IMG/VR virus record: IMGVR_UViG_3300033067_001435
Location: 2,744-66,743 of that record
Source: a virus
Taxonomy: Duplodnaviria > Caudoviricetes
Strand: one strand, 5' to 3'
DNA: 64,000 nucleotides
The position numbers were made by a program, and so were the translations under genes. Shown here piece by piece: positions 9,442-19,156 of this stretch; within the stretch, counting starts at the first letter, position 1, and every line of letters starts with the position of its first letter. The notes under the pieces were generated by a model. The model did no database searches, had not been told where the DNA came from, and saw nothing but the letters and a program-made list of their open reading frames with translations.

Positions 9442-10830
9442 TTAAGGCTTTTTTTTTTGATAGGAACTTTTGAAGTTTTTTATTTCTTCTCTGATTATTT
9501 TTTTAATCTGTTCTTCGAGTTTAATTTCCTTCTCTTTACCTAAGTCAATTTCCTTTGGTTTTTCAGTATCAGGTGTTTTCTCCCTTGCTTTAGGTTTTGG
9601 AACTTCAACTGTTTTTGGTAATTCATCTTCTGCATTACCACCTTTTTCAACATTAAACCCTTTTGTTAGTGCTGCATGTTCGGCTGCTTCTTTTGTTGGA
9701 AATCCTACATTAGAAATACACTCCTGTTCCCCATTGTTATCAATGTAAAACCAAAACTTTCCATCTTCTTTTTTTATGGTTACGAATACACCCTTAGATA
9801 TAACTTCACTGAGTTTCATCTTAGAATTCTTTTTTGATTCTTTTAATCCAAACTTATCTAAACCTTTTTGAGTTAAATCAATTGCATATTTATCATATCC
9901 AATAGAAGTAACCTTAATTAAACCAGTCTGTTTTTGTATTGCAAAATATTTTTCTGCTTCACTCTTGTTTACATGTAATTTTTCATGTGGTGTACTTCTA
10001 TGTTTATCAACTACAACTTGAATTTTATCTGTTGTATTTTCTTTTATTGTTGATTCTCCAACATTTGTCTTTTTTCTATTTCGAACAGCATCACTATCAT
10101 TATCAAACATCTCAGTATTGTAATATATTATATCATTACCTGTCTGACTTGTCATTCCAACTTTCATTGGTGATATTTTTATTGCTTTAAAGAATGCATT
10201 GTCATTATTTTTTACATTGGAAAATGCTCTACCTTCTTTTTTCCAAGATGTAACCATTTTTAAAATTCGATCAGCATTATTTACAGGAGTTTCTTTAATT
10301 GTTGATTCACCAACACTTGGTTTTGCATTTTTATTCTTCTTAATCGCTTTATTATACATTTTTAGAATGTTTCTTAAAGTTGGTATTCCATCCAATTCCA
10401 TGTTTTCTTTCTTAATAAAGTCAACACTTTTACCGGCTCCTCCCATAGATTGTTCATAAGTTATTTTTAAAATTCCATTCTTATAAACTATTGGTTCATA
10501 TATAACAGGTTCTTCCCAAGTACTTGAGTTATCAACTACTGGAATTGGATCACCATCACTATCTATTGCAGAGGCGATTACTTTATTTATTCCATCAACT
10601 AACCTTTGAATCTTTGGATCGTTTGTTGCTGGTCCTTCTTGTATATTTTTCATTGTTGATTCCTGTACTTTTTTTGGAATTAATTTTTCTACTCTAACTT
10701 TCATAATACCTTTACCGTTTACTGTTGGCAATCCATAGTCATCTAAACCGATCTCTTTGACAGTTACTTTGTGATTCTTAAATTTTCCTGTTAAGATCAC
10801 ATCTCCTATTTCTATTGGAATGTTTATCAC
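9442..10830 (-). CDS. Modular protein with repeated (G)ESTIKE linkers (candidate processed head polyprotein)
   Basis: VQESTMKNIQE, VGESTIKE twice, LKESKK..MKLSE; C-terminal IKKIIREEIK. Confidence 0.65.
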   Translation of the reverse strand: MINIPIEIGDVILTGKFKNHKVTVKEIGLDDYGLPTVNGKGIMKVRVEKLIPKKVQESTMKNIQEGPATNDPKIQRLVDGINKVIASAIDSDGDPIPVVDNSSTWEEPVIYEPIVYKNGILKITYEQSMGGAGKSVDFIKKENMELDGIPTLRNILKMYNKAIKKNKNAKPSVGESTIKETPVNNADRILKMVTSWKKEGRAFSNVKNNDNAFFKAIKISPMKVGMTSQTGNDIIYYNTEMFDNDSDAVRNRKKTNVGESTIKENTTDKIQVVVDKHRSTPHEKLHVNKSEAEKYFAIQKQTGLIKVTSIGYDKYAIDLTQKGLDKFGLKESKKNSKMKLSEVISKGVFVTIKKEDGKFWFYIDNNGEQECISNVGFPTKEAAEHAALTKGFNVEKGGNAEDELPKTVEVPKPKAREKTPDTEKPKEIDLGKEKEIKLEEQIKKIIREEIKNFKSSYQKKKP

Positions 10831-10834
10831 TTAA

Positions 10835-11395
10835 TTACCAATAATTTGTAACAAACTCAAGAAAATTTCTAAGTTCTTTTATTGTCTTTTCTGGTACATC
10901 TTTTGTATGTATTTGTTCTATTTTTAAATATAGATTTTCTCCACCAGTTGTAAACTCTACGATTATTCCTCCGGGACCAGTAACTTTACCTGTCGTTTCT
11001 TGTGGATCATAAGTTCCTCTAAAGCCCTCTTTTATAAAAGCGTCAAGTATACGTTCTGCATTTGAAACCAAATTACTTCTGTCTACTTTTTTTAAGTCTT
11101 TACTACCTTCATTGAACCTTTTATTACTTTCAAACTGTTGAGACCTATCCCTGTCACTTGATACAAAATCCAAACACTTCTGCTTTTCTTGTGAAGATAG
11201 TTTATCCCATTCTTCTTGACCACCAGCATATTCTATAGCATCTTGAAGTTGTTCTCCTGATTGCTCATAACTTGCCTTTCCAGCCATTCTGCCTGCTGAA
11301 ACTGGGTCTTGAAAATCATCATATTCTTTTAAAGATTTTCCAGTTTTTATAACCTTATATAATTCTTTTAGTTTCATGTCTTTTCCTTTATTCAT
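10835..11395 (-). CDS. Hypothetical protein with MKLK leader
   Basis: MKLKELYK at codon 7 (probable start 11377); SLKE and FNEG motifs. Confidence 0.65.
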   Translation of the reverse strand: MNKGKDMKLKELYKVIKTGKSLKEYDDFQDPVSAGRMAGKASYEQSGEQLQDAIEYAGGQEEWDKLSSQEKQKCLDFVSSDRDRSQQFESNKRFNEGSKDLKKVDRSNLVSNAERILDAFIKEGFRGTYDPQETTGKVTGPGGIIVEFTTGGENLYLKIEQIHTKDVPEKTIKELRNFLEFVTNYW

Positions 11396-13007
11396 ACTTT
11401 AAATCAATTTGTACAAGGGATTCTTCTGTGTAAGTTTTAAGTATAGGCTTACTTATCTTAGCCACTGCAAGTAATTCTTTATTTTCATTATATAAACCCA
11501 CTTGTGTAATATATACTTTTGGATTTCCATAGAAATCATCTATAATTTGACCATCACTTCCTGTTTGATAACTTGGATTGTTGGTAAAGTTATATTCTCC
11601 GTTTTTTATTCTAATGAAATACTGTTCTATGTATTCATATTTAACCTTCCTTGCTTGAAATCCTAAAATATCTCCACTTGCATCTGTATAAAGGGCTGAA
11701 CCTGACATTGCTGTGAATAATTTCATAGCATTATCACCCAATACATCACTACCTGTTACTGTCAAAAACGATGATGATAAATCTAACAAATCTGCATCTA
11801 ATAGGATTGTTCCAAGTCTTGGATATGATAACCCATAAACATGTGGCTGTGATTTATTGTACACACCATCCTCAAGGCTTCCAGAGACCATGTAGAACAC
11901 TTCTCCCCCTCTTCCTACAAGATGAGCCTTAGACTCGCTTACAGGTTGATAGAAGCCATTGTAGGCTGTTGTAGACAAATCTGTTTCAAGGTTCAACCTT
12001 GAGTCATCAATAAGACGTAATATATTTCCTGATTGTCCTAATTTGACGTTGGAACCTGTATGAGCATTCCTATTTCCATTGCCAGTTAAGAACTGAGAAC
12101 CTGATAGTGAATGTAAATTAATTTCTACATTTCCTTCATCAAGTCTATCTCCAAATCTATCTCTATAAACATCAATTGCATAGAAGTGCTGAATTTCCTT
12201 TGCTCCAATTTTAAACCTTCGTTCTGTTGGATTTAAACACAAACTTCTATATTGACCATATACTGCATTACTTGGCGACATCCAATCATATCCGCCCAAA
12301 TCCCTACTTCCGCTTCCATCATCGTGACCATAAGCAATCGAAAAATGTTTTGCAGGAGCACAATGTGAATCACAATTGGTTTGATAAATTGTTCTTCTAT
12401 AACTAGAACTTGTTTCTGTGCTACAAGTAAAGAAATTTATCATATTACCAATTACACTTCCTGTTGCATCAAGCCATATACCATAATAAATTTTATTTAC
12501 TTGGGTTGGTAATTTATCATCTGTAGTCAGTTTTGTATAAACTCTACCAGAACTAATCTCTATTGGTGGAGTTGGTGGAACTGGAACAGGAGGTATAACA
12601 GGAGTTGGTGGAGGTATAACTATTACAGGTGGAGGAGGTGGTGGAGGAACAGTTGGTGTTGGAGGTGGTGGAATTGGTTGTGTTAATTCTAATACACAAT
12701 CATCCCAACTATTGTCTTGAACCAAATCTTCGCTTTCAATTCTAAATACATATTGGTTTCCAACTGTTTGAGTTGGTGTGACTCTCATAGAAGAATTTAA
12801 CCATAGTCCATTAAAATCGTAATCTTCGTTAGCCTGTATATTAATTGTCCAGTTTTGACCTGTAACTAAAACAGGAGACGTTGATACATCTCCAATGTAG
12901 TTACCATTACCAGTAGTTGCGCCACTAATAATGAACCTTTGTGGAAGAGATAATGGATTTCTAACCACAACCCTAACTGTCCAATTTCCTTGTATGTTTA
13001 ATGGCAT
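11388..13007 (-). CDS. Virion structural protein: lectin-like N-domain, poly-Pro stalk, core paralogous to 13618-15072
   Basis: ESEDLVQDNSWDDCVL motif, PPPP linker, C-terminal VGLYNENKELLAVAKISKP. Confidence 0.75.
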   Translation of the reverse strand: MPLNIQGNWTVRVVVRNPLSLPQRFIISGATTGNGNYIGDVSTSPVLVTGQNWTINIQANEDYDFNGLWLNSSMRVTPTQTVGNQYVFRIESEDLVQDNSWDDCVLELTQPIPPPPTPTVPPPPPPPVIVIPPPTPVIPPVPVPPTPPIEISSGRVYTKLTTDDKLPTQVNKIYYGIWLDATGSVIGNMINFFTCSTETSSSYRRTIYQTNCDSHCAPAKHFSIAYGHDDGSGSRDLGGYDWMSPSNAVYGQYRSLCLNPTERRFKIGAKEIQHFYAIDVYRDRFGDRLDEGNVEINLHSLSGSQFLTGNGNRNAHTGSNVKLGQSGNILRLIDDSRLNLETDLSTTAYNGFYQPVSESKAHLVGRGGEVFYMVSGSLEDGVYNKSQPHVYGLSYPRLGTILLDADLLDLSSSFLTVTGSDVLGDNAMKLFTAMSGSALYTDASGDILGFQARKVKYEYIEQYFIRIKNGEYNFTNNPSYQTGSDGQIIDDFYGNPKVYITQVGLYNENKELLAVAKISKPILKTYTEESLVQIDLKYE

Positions 13008-13603
13008 TATTTACTTTTAATATCTTTTAATATGTTTTTTAATTTCATATAATTCTCTTCAATTGCTTTATTTTTCAAAGCATCTACTCCCATTTTTACA
13101 TATCTTTGATAAGTGTTACTATCAACTGTTACATTTTTTCCTGAATTACTATCTGGTTCTCCAACAGGGCTTCCCCATATTTTCCACCCATTTTTTAATT
13201 TTTTAATAACAACCCTTTGTTCCTGTCCTTTAACAGTAAAAATATCATCAAAGTGATCTAAATTGTTTGTCAACGAAATTAAAAAACAATGTACAAAAAC
13301 ATTACCTGATGTTGCTGAATCTTTTAAAGATGTCATTTCTATATTCCTATTACTTTCGTTTATATGAGTTAATATACTAAATACTTGCCTTGCTATACTT
13401 ATAGGTATTTTAGGACGTAACTCATAAATTCCTTTTGGCTTCCCCTTTAAACCTTTCTTAGTCCAATCTGGGGATGTATTTGTAATACTATATTCCTTAT
13501 TGTTGTGATAATACATTAACTTAGGAGTGTATATTACCCAATCTAAATCATCAATAGGAAGTTTACTATGAATCACGTATAATGTTTTATCTTTATATCT
13601 CAT
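13007..13603 (-). CDS. Hypothetical protein
   Basis: 198 aa; ends with MKLKNILKDIK. Confidence 0.6.
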   Translation of the reverse strand: MRYKDKTLYVIHSKLPIDDLDWVIYTPKLMYYHNNKEYSITNTSPDWTKKGLKGKPKGIYELRPKIPISIARQVFSILTHINESNRNIEMTSLKDSATSGNVFVHCFLISLTNNLDHFDDIFTVKGQEQRVVIKKLKNGWKIWGSPVGEPDSNSGKNVTVDSNTYQRYVKMGVDALKNKAIEENYMKLKNILKDIKSK

Positions 13604-13617
13604 TGAATATTAACATT

Positions 13618-15072
13618 TTAAAATTCGAGTTTCATTTTAATTAACGCTTCTTTAGTAAATTTCTTTTGAAGTGGTTTACTTAATTTACCAACAGCAAGTA
13701 AATCTTTATTATCATTGTAAAGTCCTACTGTTGTGATGTAAATTGTTGGATCACCAATCATTGTTGGTTCTGCTAAGTCTCCTTCACTTCCTGTTACAAA
13801 AGTTGGGTTATTAGTAAAGTTATACTCCTGATTCTTTACTCTAACAAAGTAATGTGTTGATTTAACCTTTTCACCACTTCTACCTTGGAATCCTAACCTG
13901 TCACCACTTGCATCTGTATAAAGGGCTGAACCTGATAATGATGTAAATAACTTATATGCATTATCACCGGGAATTTCTGATCCAGTTACTGTTAAAAATG
14001 ATGCAGACATGTCAAGTCTATTTCCATCAAGTACAATTACACCTAATCTTCTATAAAGTTTTCCATAATAATGTGGTGCTGAACTGTTATAAATACCATC
14101 TTCAAGTGTTCCTGATACAATGTTGTAAACTTCACCGGCTGTCGTGACATCTGCTGATGCTACTCTACTGTCATCTACTAATCTTGTTACTGCTTGTGTT
14201 GGGAATACACTTACATTAGAACCTGTCCATGAGTTTTGGGTATGTGTGGCTAACCATTGTGAACCCGATAACCTTTGAAGATTTATTTCAAGGTTCCCTT
14301 CATCAATAAATTCACGCATACGCGCTCTATTTACATTTATAACATAAATTGAATCAGTTGCTGTTCCACCAATTACAAATCTTTGTTCATCTGCCTCAAG
14401 ACATAATTGCTTATATTGACCATAAATTGCACGGCTTGGTGTATCATTTATTTGACCACCTTCATCTGCTGAACCTGATCCTTGTTTGTGTCCCCAAGCA
14501 ACAGAAAATTGTGCCTCACTACCACATTCACCAGAACCGCTATTGAAAATTTCATAATAATATCTTTGTTGTGTTGAATTTTGTGCTGATGATGTGTAGA
14601 AAGTTAATAAGTTGCCTACATTTCCGCTCCATAAAGCACGAGTTATTGTTTCCTGTTGATTTGGTACAATATCACCTGTTTCGAACCTTGTCCAAATTCT
14701 ACCAGAACCTAAATTAGATGGTGGAAGAGGTGCTGGAAAGGTTGGAGTTGTTGGTAGTAATGGTCCGCCGGTTTGTCCTTCGGTTGGTTTAATGGTTCCT
14801 GTGTCTAATGATGGACCTGTTGGGATAACATTATGAACAACATTATTTTCATCAAGAACTAAGAAATCACCTTTAGTGGTTTCAAATCCTGAAACACTTA
14901 TTCCCGGTATGATTTGCTTTGTGGTTGGTTGCGTATTTTGTAACACACTTGGATCATTAGATACAGGAATTAATGTTAATCCTGCTCCTTCCATCTTAGA
15001 TTTCTGTGATTCATCTAACTTTTGGACCGTTCCACCTGTATTAGTAGCCACACCTTTTTTTATAAATGCCAT
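13618..15072 (-). CDS. Virion structural protein (tail/baseplate associated), paralogue of 11388-13007
   Basis: Long aligned core (AIYGQYKQLCLE, DEGNLEINL, RVKNQEYNFTNNP); C-terminal VGLYNDNKDLLAVGKLSKP. Confidence 0.75.
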   Translation of the reverse strand: MAFIKKGVATNTGGTVQKLDESQKSKMEGAGLTLIPVSNDPSVLQNTQPTTKQIIPGISVSGFETTKGDFLVLDENNVVHNVIPTGPSLDTGTIKPTEGQTGGPLLPTTPTFPAPLPPSNLGSGRIWTRFETGDIVPNQQETITRALWSGNVGNLLTFYTSSAQNSTQQRYYYEIFNSGSGECGSEAQFSVAWGHKQGSGSADEGGQINDTPSRAIYGQYKQLCLEADEQRFVIGGTATDSIYVINVNRARMREFIDEGNLEINLQRLSGSQWLATHTQNSWTGSNVSVFPTQAVTRLVDDSRVASADVTTAGEVYNIVSGTLEDGIYNSSAPHYYGKLYRRLGVIVLDGNRLDMSASFLTVTGSEIPGDNAYKLFTSLSGSALYTDASGDRLGFQGRSGEKVKSTHYFVRVKNQEYNFTNNPTFVTGSEGDLAEPTMIGDPTIYITTVGLYNDNKDLLAVGKLSKPLQKKFTKEALIKMKLEF

Positions 15073-15096
15073 TTTTTATTTTCCTATTTTAAAATT

Positions 15097-15414
15097 TCAA
15101 TATTTTTTTGGTGCTTCGTATCCATATAGAGTATATAATCCATCTAATGCATCTATCAATGTATTATACTTTGATAATCCACCATTGGTAACTTGTGCAT
15201 TAACTTTTCCTTGCCACTTGTACAACTTTACCTCTTGTCTTCTCTTAGGAATGTTTACAACAAGTTGATCATTTCCATACGTATCTACATCAGTACTAAA
15301 CTTAAAATTAGTATATTTCTTCTTATATGCATTGAGACTAATTGGTGTTATGTCAAATTCCTCTGACTCCTTTAACTTCCCATACATACTCTCATATAAT
15401 AATTTTAGTTTCAT
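15097..15414 (-). CDS. Hypothetical protein with MKLK leader
   Basis: MKLKLLYESMYGKLKE. Confidence 0.6.
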   Translation of the reverse strand: MKLKLLYESMYGKLKESEEFDITPISLNAYKKKYTNFKFSTDVDTYGNDQLVVNIPKRRQEVKLYKWQGKVNAQVTNGGLSKYNTLIDALDGLYTLYGYEAPKKY

Positions 15415-15779
15415 AGTCTTATCTCTAACTTCTTTATAGATTCTAATCTGTTCTTTATTTTATTAGATAATTCTGATGCAAGTAATAATAATTGCTCTCT
15501 ATTATTATTAACTTTTTCACCATATTTACGTATGTTATTTATCTCACGTTCTAACAATAAATCCAAATCTTTTTGCATTGATTCAAATTTATTTATCAAA
15601 GGTTCATTTGGTAAATATTCCTGACTCTTATATTCTTCAAAATTAAAGTAATCAAAAGATTTAACTATGGTTTCATTTTTTCGTTGAACCTTGTGTCTTA
15701 TTATCTTCTTAAACTTTCTCTTGAAAGGCTTCTTTAATTTTGAAAAGTCTAATCTCTTACTATCTGTTTCTATAATCAT
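15411..15779 (-). CDS. Hypothetical basic protein
   Basis: 122 aa, ATGA overlap. Confidence 0.55.
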   Translation of the reverse strand: MIIETDSKRLDFSKLKKPFKRKFKKIIRHKVQRKNETIVKSFDYFNFEEYKSQEYLPNEPLINKFESMQKDLDLLLEREINNIRKYGEKVNNNREQLLLLASELSNKIKNRLESIKKLEIRL

Positions 15780-15781
15780 TT

Positions 15782-16735
15782 TTATGGAAGTTTAATTGGT
15801 GCATTACCAGTTAACGGAATGTTAGGTGTAGTATTTGTAGTCACTTTTCTAACTGTTATATTGATTACAACGTTACCACCAGTCTCATTACCAACTATGG
15901 TTAATGTTGTTGATCTTGCTGCAAGGTTCAACATGTTTGCTGTTATTACAATACTCTTTCCTGATACAGTTACTGATGCTCCAATTTCACTCTCAGTTAA
16001 TGGTGCTGCAACCATATTTCCAGTACCTGAATACTGTTGTCCGGGTGCTGCCTGATCTACATACATTGAACAAACATCACTATCTGCTAAAGTGAATGAA
16101 TATCCAAAGGTTGTATTTCCATCTGTGTAGTTAATTGTTTGTGGAGTTATTGTAATACTTTGGCCCGGACTCAATGTAAATGAAGTCTGTGGAACTGATA
16201 CAACTGGAATTCTAACTGTCTTTCTTGGAAGAGTGACAAGTTTATATTTCATATTCTGAGTTTCATCAGGTACAGCCTCTGTTATTGGCATACTTTCAAG
16301 TACAATCCCATAATAAGCATTTCCTAATGGATGATCAGGATTCCACAATGAATAATCTATTTCATCATCTGCAAGCGCAAAATAACTTACATTAAACTCA
16401 TTACGTCCACGACTAAGTAGTTCCCTACCTTTTCGAGTTAATCATTTTGTTATCCAAAAGGCTTTTTATCCTCTTGTTCTTACAATTTATTTCTTGTAAG
16501 GTCGGCGTACATTTTCAACCAATTCATAAATCTGGTTGTCGGAGACTCTTGGAAGTTTTCTTGCTCTCTTATTGCTCAACTTCTACGCTCTACAAGGAAT
16601 TTTGATTTAAACCCCTCTCGGTATTGCCATTTCAGGTTTCACCGATTTTCCCCAATTTTTACCCTATCATTACTGATTGGGGCGACATTAATCTATCGCA
16701 TCTACAGTTATACTGGAATTTGATAAATATCCCAT
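15782..16735 (-). CDS. Intron-split virion structural protein (exon 1 16735-16695, exon 2 16442-15782; 233 aa)
   Basis: Spliced reading MGYLSNSSITVDAI|LTRKGRELLSRGRNEFNVSYFALADDEIDYSLWNPDHP...; 41+661=702 nt, in frame. The ORF track shows only the TTG-started 3' part. Confidence 0.85.
16443..16694 (-). ncRNA. Group I self-splicing intron, 252 nt, no internal ORF
   Basis: 5' exon ends in U, intron ends in G. P1 GCGAU/GUCGC (U.G at splice site); P10 UUAAU/AUUAA; P2 with GUAA loop; P3 UUGGGGA/UCUCCGA; P4-P5 AUCGGUGAAACC...GGCAAUACCGAG; P7 GAGCGUA/UACGC; P7.1 GAAGUU/AACUUC; P8 CAACCA/UGGUUG; P9 CUUACAA/UUGUAAG. Confidence 0.92.
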
Positions 16736-16749
16736 TTTTATTTGTCCTT

Positions 16750-17676
16750 TTATGTTTTATTTAAAATAATATTCTGTTTGAACTCTTTAACTTCTCTATC
16801 AAACAAATATTTAAACTCTTTATTATTGTGTATTTTTGAATGACATGACCTGCACACAAATATAAGATTATCAAAACTATCATTAGTTTTATTTTCATCT
16901 ATGTGGTGTAAGCATAATATTTTAGTATCATCTTTACATTTAAAACACACTCCGCTCTGTTGTTCCCTTAAAATCTTCCTATACTCCTTATCATAGAACT
17001 TCTCTGAATATGGAATATCTTTATTGGGATTAAACTTATGATGATTCTCCCCAGACCTATTTCTAATTATTTCATTGGTATTTTTATTAAGCCCTTTACT
17101 CCAAGACACCGATTCTCCTGATGCAAATTTATCTAATTTTGTTTTAGAAGACTTAGTACCAACTCTTTTGTAAATATCCTCTAACTCTTCTTTTGATTTT
17201 ATTTTAGTATAGTGGGTGTATGTTCCTTCTTTTGCTTGTCTTCTTTTAGTTTCTGTCATTTTAATAACCCGTCTGTCTCTTTCCTCAGTAGACATACTCT
17301 TCATAAATTTAGACCTTCTATCCCGTTCCTCCAAAGTAAAGATATGAGGATTCTCAGATAAACTCTTTTTAACAGATTTTGATAGTTTAGTGAGAGCATT
17401 TTTATACTCTTCTGAATTTTTATCATAAACTGTTTGCCAAGTGCCACCACCAGAATGTCCTCTTACATATTCGTTTACTTCGTAACCATTCACTTTTAGA
17501 GATTTACCACATCCACAAGCACATGTTGGAATCACTCCATCAAGTAAATATTTTATTGTGTAATCTGATTTAGTAATACCGTGTTCAGATTGAATGTGTT
17601 GTGTAAAAGCGCCTACTGAGTTGTGATCTTTTCCGCAAACTTTACAGATATAATCTGTTAATAAATTCTTTGCCAT
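16750..17676 (-). CDS. Free-standing HNH homing endonuclease with N-terminal C2H2 zinc finger
   Basis: CKVC...HIQSEH, CACGCG, C-terminal CFKC...LHHIDENKTNDSFDNLIFVCRSCHSKIH. Confidence 0.85.
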   Translation of the reverse strand: MAKNLLTDYICKVCGKDHNSVGAFTQHIQSEHGITKSDYTIKYLLDGVIPTCACGCGKSLKVNGYEVNEYVRGHSGGGTWQTVYDKNSEEYKNALTKLSKSVKKSLSENPHIFTLEERDRRSKFMKSMSTEERDRRVIKMTETKRRQAKEGTYTHYTKIKSKEELEDIYKRVGTKSSKTKLDKFASGESVSWSKGLNKNTNEIIRNRSGENHHKFNPNKDIPYSEKFYDKEYRKILREQQSGVCFKCKDDTKILCLHHIDENKTNDSFDNLIFVCRSCHSKIHNNKEFKYLFDREVKEFKQNIILNKT

Positions 17677-17700
17677 TATTTTAAAATTAAGTTGTTATTT

Positions 17701-17710
17701 CATAAATATC
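17701..17710 (-). promoter_or_regulatory. Candidate late promoter GATATTTATG
   Basis: 25 nt upstream of HNH start; motif recurs. Confidence 0.4.
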
Positions 17711-18602
17711 ATCTTCTAATCGTTTTTCTAAGATTGGCAGACTCTTCTTTTATGGTATCTTTGTTTTGAGTTGATATTTCTGTTCTTGATGTATTAACAT
17801 CTGGAAATTGATCTACCTGATCAAATATTATTTTCTCACTACCTTCTTCCAAGAACCTTACTGTTTTTATAGAGTATTGCTTTTGCATCCTTGATTGATT
17901 GTATTGGTATTCTGGTCTTAATTGCCCATCTACTTGTAATGTCATGGTTGTTTTAACCAATCTATCTTCACCGGGAACATTTACATTGTCGTGACTTACA
18001 TCTTGTATGTTTGTTCTAAATGTATTTATGTCTCCCCATACATGATCATTTGTTGTTAAAATTGAATGTATGACTTGGTTCATCTGTTCCTGTAAATCTG
18101 TCCAAATTATTAAGTCATATGTTATTCTAACGTATTCAGGAAAGGCTACTAAATAATATTCTATTGAATCTTTTTTTAGATATTGGCCTGATACTCTATC
18201 ATATTGCATTCCAAGGTTTTTATAAGGGAATAATTTATAGGTTGGACTTGAAATGTTACTCCTGTTCATCGGCAATCTATCATCATTTTGAACTGATGTT
18301 CTTCTAATGGAAATTAACGGTGCTAATACTTTCTTATCATCCCCTCTTAAATAACCATACTGTCTAATTTGAGACCATTTTTCTCCATTGGCAAACATTA
18401 CTGGAACTTGTATGGTTGTATTAATATCATCTACTCGAACCTTTATGTTTTCTGTTAGATGATAATATATTGCGTAATCTATGTCAAATAAAGTTATTTT
18501 TGGAACTTTAACTAAATCATTATCTCTCCTCATAACCTTTGATCTGTCAGAGGGAGAAGATATGTTACCTTCCTGATATGGTCTTATTATTGGGTTCGAC
18601 AT
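17709..18602 (-). CDS. Tail terminator/sheath stabiliser (T4 gp15-like)
   Basis: VPVMFANGEKW, PLISIRRT, PEYVRITYDLIIWT; next to neck gene. Confidence 0.7.
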   Translation of the reverse strand: MSNPIIRPYQEGNISSPSDRSKVMRRDNDLVKVPKITLFDIDYAIYYHLTENIKVRVDDINTTIQVPVMFANGEKWSQIRQYGYLRGDDKKVLAPLISIRRTSVQNDDRLPMNRSNISSPTYKLFPYKNLGMQYDRVSGQYLKKDSIEYYLVAFPEYVRITYDLIIWTDLQEQMNQVIHSILTTNDHVWGDINTFRTNIQDVSHDNVNVPGEDRLVKTTMTLQVDGQLRPEYQYNQSRMQKQYSIKTVRFLEEGSEKIIFDQVDQFPDVNTSRTEISTQNKDTIKEESANLRKTIRR

Positions 18603-18605
18603 AGT

Positions 18606-19154
18606 TTATAAATTTTTTGGAAATGTTTTTGATGATTTTGTTGTACTTATGCCTGACCTAATATCAACTAAATTTAATTGAGACATACGAGTTAAGTGGG
18701 TTTGTGCTATTATTGAAATATTGTATCCATGACTCCTGCTACTTCTACCTTCAACTTCTATTGGTAGAGTTTCATTATTCCTTCCCATCCAGTATTGTTG
18801 TTGATTTAGGTTGTCAACTTCATAATATTTACTATCGTATTTTATTATATCGCCCTCTTCAAGAAAAACATCATTATCTTTTAGATCATCTCTTAGGAAC
18901 TTAAATTGAAGTGTTTGAGTTGAATCTATTCCAGTGTCTACATCATTGAAGGTTGCTGCATCTTTATTTACAAGACAAAATAACCTTACTGGATTGTAGT
19001 AAACCTTTTTGTTAGATTCATTATAAATGTTTATTTCCATCTCAGGCAAAGCAAGTTTATACAGAGCACATTCTATTGAAATGAACCTGTTTATTAATTC
19101 ACGACTAAAATGCCGAACAAGTAAACGATCTCTCCCACTGGCGTATAATGGCAT
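18606..19154 (-). CDS. Neck/head-closure protein (T4 gp14-like)
   Basis: NIYNES..KVY, FLRDDL, LEEGDIIKYDSKYYEV. Confidence 0.65.
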   Translation of the reverse strand: MPLYASGRDRLLVRHFSRELINRFISIECALYKLALPEMEINIYNESNKKVYYNPVRLFCLVNKDAATFNDVDTGIDSTQTLQFKFLRDDLKDNDVFLEEGDIIKYDSKYYEVDNLNQQQYWMGRNNETLPIEVEGRSSRSHGYNISIIAQTHLTRMSQLNLVDIRSGISTTKSSKTFPKNL

Positions 19155-19156
19155 TA

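Noticed and set aside
15782-16348. Stand-alone 188-aa gene with TTG start
   Set aside because: The frame continues upstream to the intron 3' splice site; it is exon 2.
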